A DNA stretch of 63,709 nucleotides, filler included, from Octopus bimaculoides (Eukaryota), in the NCBI RefSeq assembly GCF_001194135.2. It is 5 parts of 4 records of this genome, joined end to end, with 100 filler letters (N's around TTAATTAATTAA, not from the genome) between each part and the next. Parts side by side here need not be neighbours in the genome. Positions count along the whole stretch, not along the records: positions 62,543 to 63,709 come from NC_068989.1; 4 more parts are not named here. One strand, written 5' to 3'. Within the stretch, counting starts at the first letter, position 1, and every line of letters begins with the position of its first letter. The position numbers and the translations under genes are program-made. The notes under the pieces were generated by a model. The model did no database searches. It was not told the DNA's origin and worked only from the letters and a program-made list of their open reading frames with translations. Shown here piece by piece: positions 62,984 through 63,709 of the stretch.

Positions 62984-63040
62984 TATGCAAAAATCCACCC
63001 TCTGGTTACCAAGGAAACCTGACACCCCGTTTTCAGCATT
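62984..63040 (+). CDS. Candidate 57-nt exon (CKNPPSGYQGNLTPRFQH or MQKSTLWLPRKPDTPFSA)
   Basis: Long polypyrimidine tract, first AG at 62982-62983, donor ATT|GTAAGT. Length is divisible by 3. Confidence 0.45.
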
Positions 63041-63119
63041 GTAAGTATACATGCAAACAAACATACACATAGGCGATACACAACACACCTACATGCATAC
63101 ACACACTCACACACACATG

Positions 63120-63158
<39 letters not shown>

Positions 63159-63320
63159 GAACACACACACACACACACACGTATATATATATGTATGTAT
63201 AAATATATATATATATATATATATATGCACACGCATATACATACATATATATCTGTATGTCCCTGTATGTATATGTATACACAAGAGATGTGTTCTTGTC
63301 GTGAGTACGAAAGCAACAGA

Positions 63321-63345
63321 GCCGGTTTTTCGCGCCATTTTCTTG
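63321..63345. promoter_or_regulatory. Overlapping E2F-like (TTTTCGCGCC) and YY1-like (CGCCATTTT) motifs; minus-strand aaaATGGCG
   Basis: Motif match only, in a CpG-retaining patch next to a (GA/GGA)n tract. Confidence 0.3.
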
Positions 63346-63709
63346 CCGCAACGTAATGATCTCAGACACCATAACAAGAAGTGAGGTGGGGGTGATAAGA
63401 AAGAAGGGAAAAAGTGAGGGCGAAGGATGAGAGAGAGAGAGAGAGAGTGTGTGTGCGAGTGTGAGAGGGAGAAAGAGAGGGGAGAGAAAGAGAAAAGAGG
63501 GAGGGAAGGAGGAGGAGGAGGAGGAGGAGGAGGAGAATAATATAGATGAGGGTTGGTCTGAGGACAAATGTAAGACGGGAAATGGTAAAGCTGTGATTAA
63601 GGCCAGAGATATTTAAGGGAGCGTAGTACCCTTGGATAAAGGACCACATACATACAGGGGTAAATACGCAGACGCATATGTAGGCATAGAGAGACGTAAA
63701 CATGTATGC

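Overview
Repeat-saturated, AT-rich eukaryotic genomic DNA. It is very probably an octopus/coleoid cephalopod: this is inferred from the SINE/MITE repertoire and the extreme (TA)n/(CA)n/(ATT)n microsatellite load, and was not database-checked. The window has many N-gaps, usually next to dinucleotide microsatellites, plus four artificial 100-nt joins (44N-TTAATTAATTAA-44N), so it is five concatenated scaffold pieces. Almost all ORFs in the supplied track are microsatellite or N artefacts. There is no CRISPR, rRNA or intact tRNA. Supported content: (1) two in-frame, gap-truncated exons of an unidentified minus-strand gene with an N/G/S/H-rich low-complexity region (24953-25044, 20202-20865); (2) a few small plus-strand candidate exons (26123-26200, 35007-35078, 62984-63040); (3) at least four tRNA-derived or LINE-tailed SINE families, labelled A-D here, in dozens of copies concentrated before 39.5 kb; (4) decayed autonomous elements: R4/Dong-like, HERO-like, RTE, CR1-like, Penelope-like and mariner, plus piggyBac-like and hAT-like MITEs; (5) three minisatellites. 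The most interesting signals are a Penelope 3' cassette made of a tRNA-like Pol III module, an (AAT)n spacer and a degenerate minimal hammerhead ribozyme; a second, different hammerhead relic; a dimeric SINE subfamily; and head-to-tail SINE arrays built by insertion into (ATT)n tails. Coordinates of decayed repeats are approximate (roughly +/-10-30 nt).
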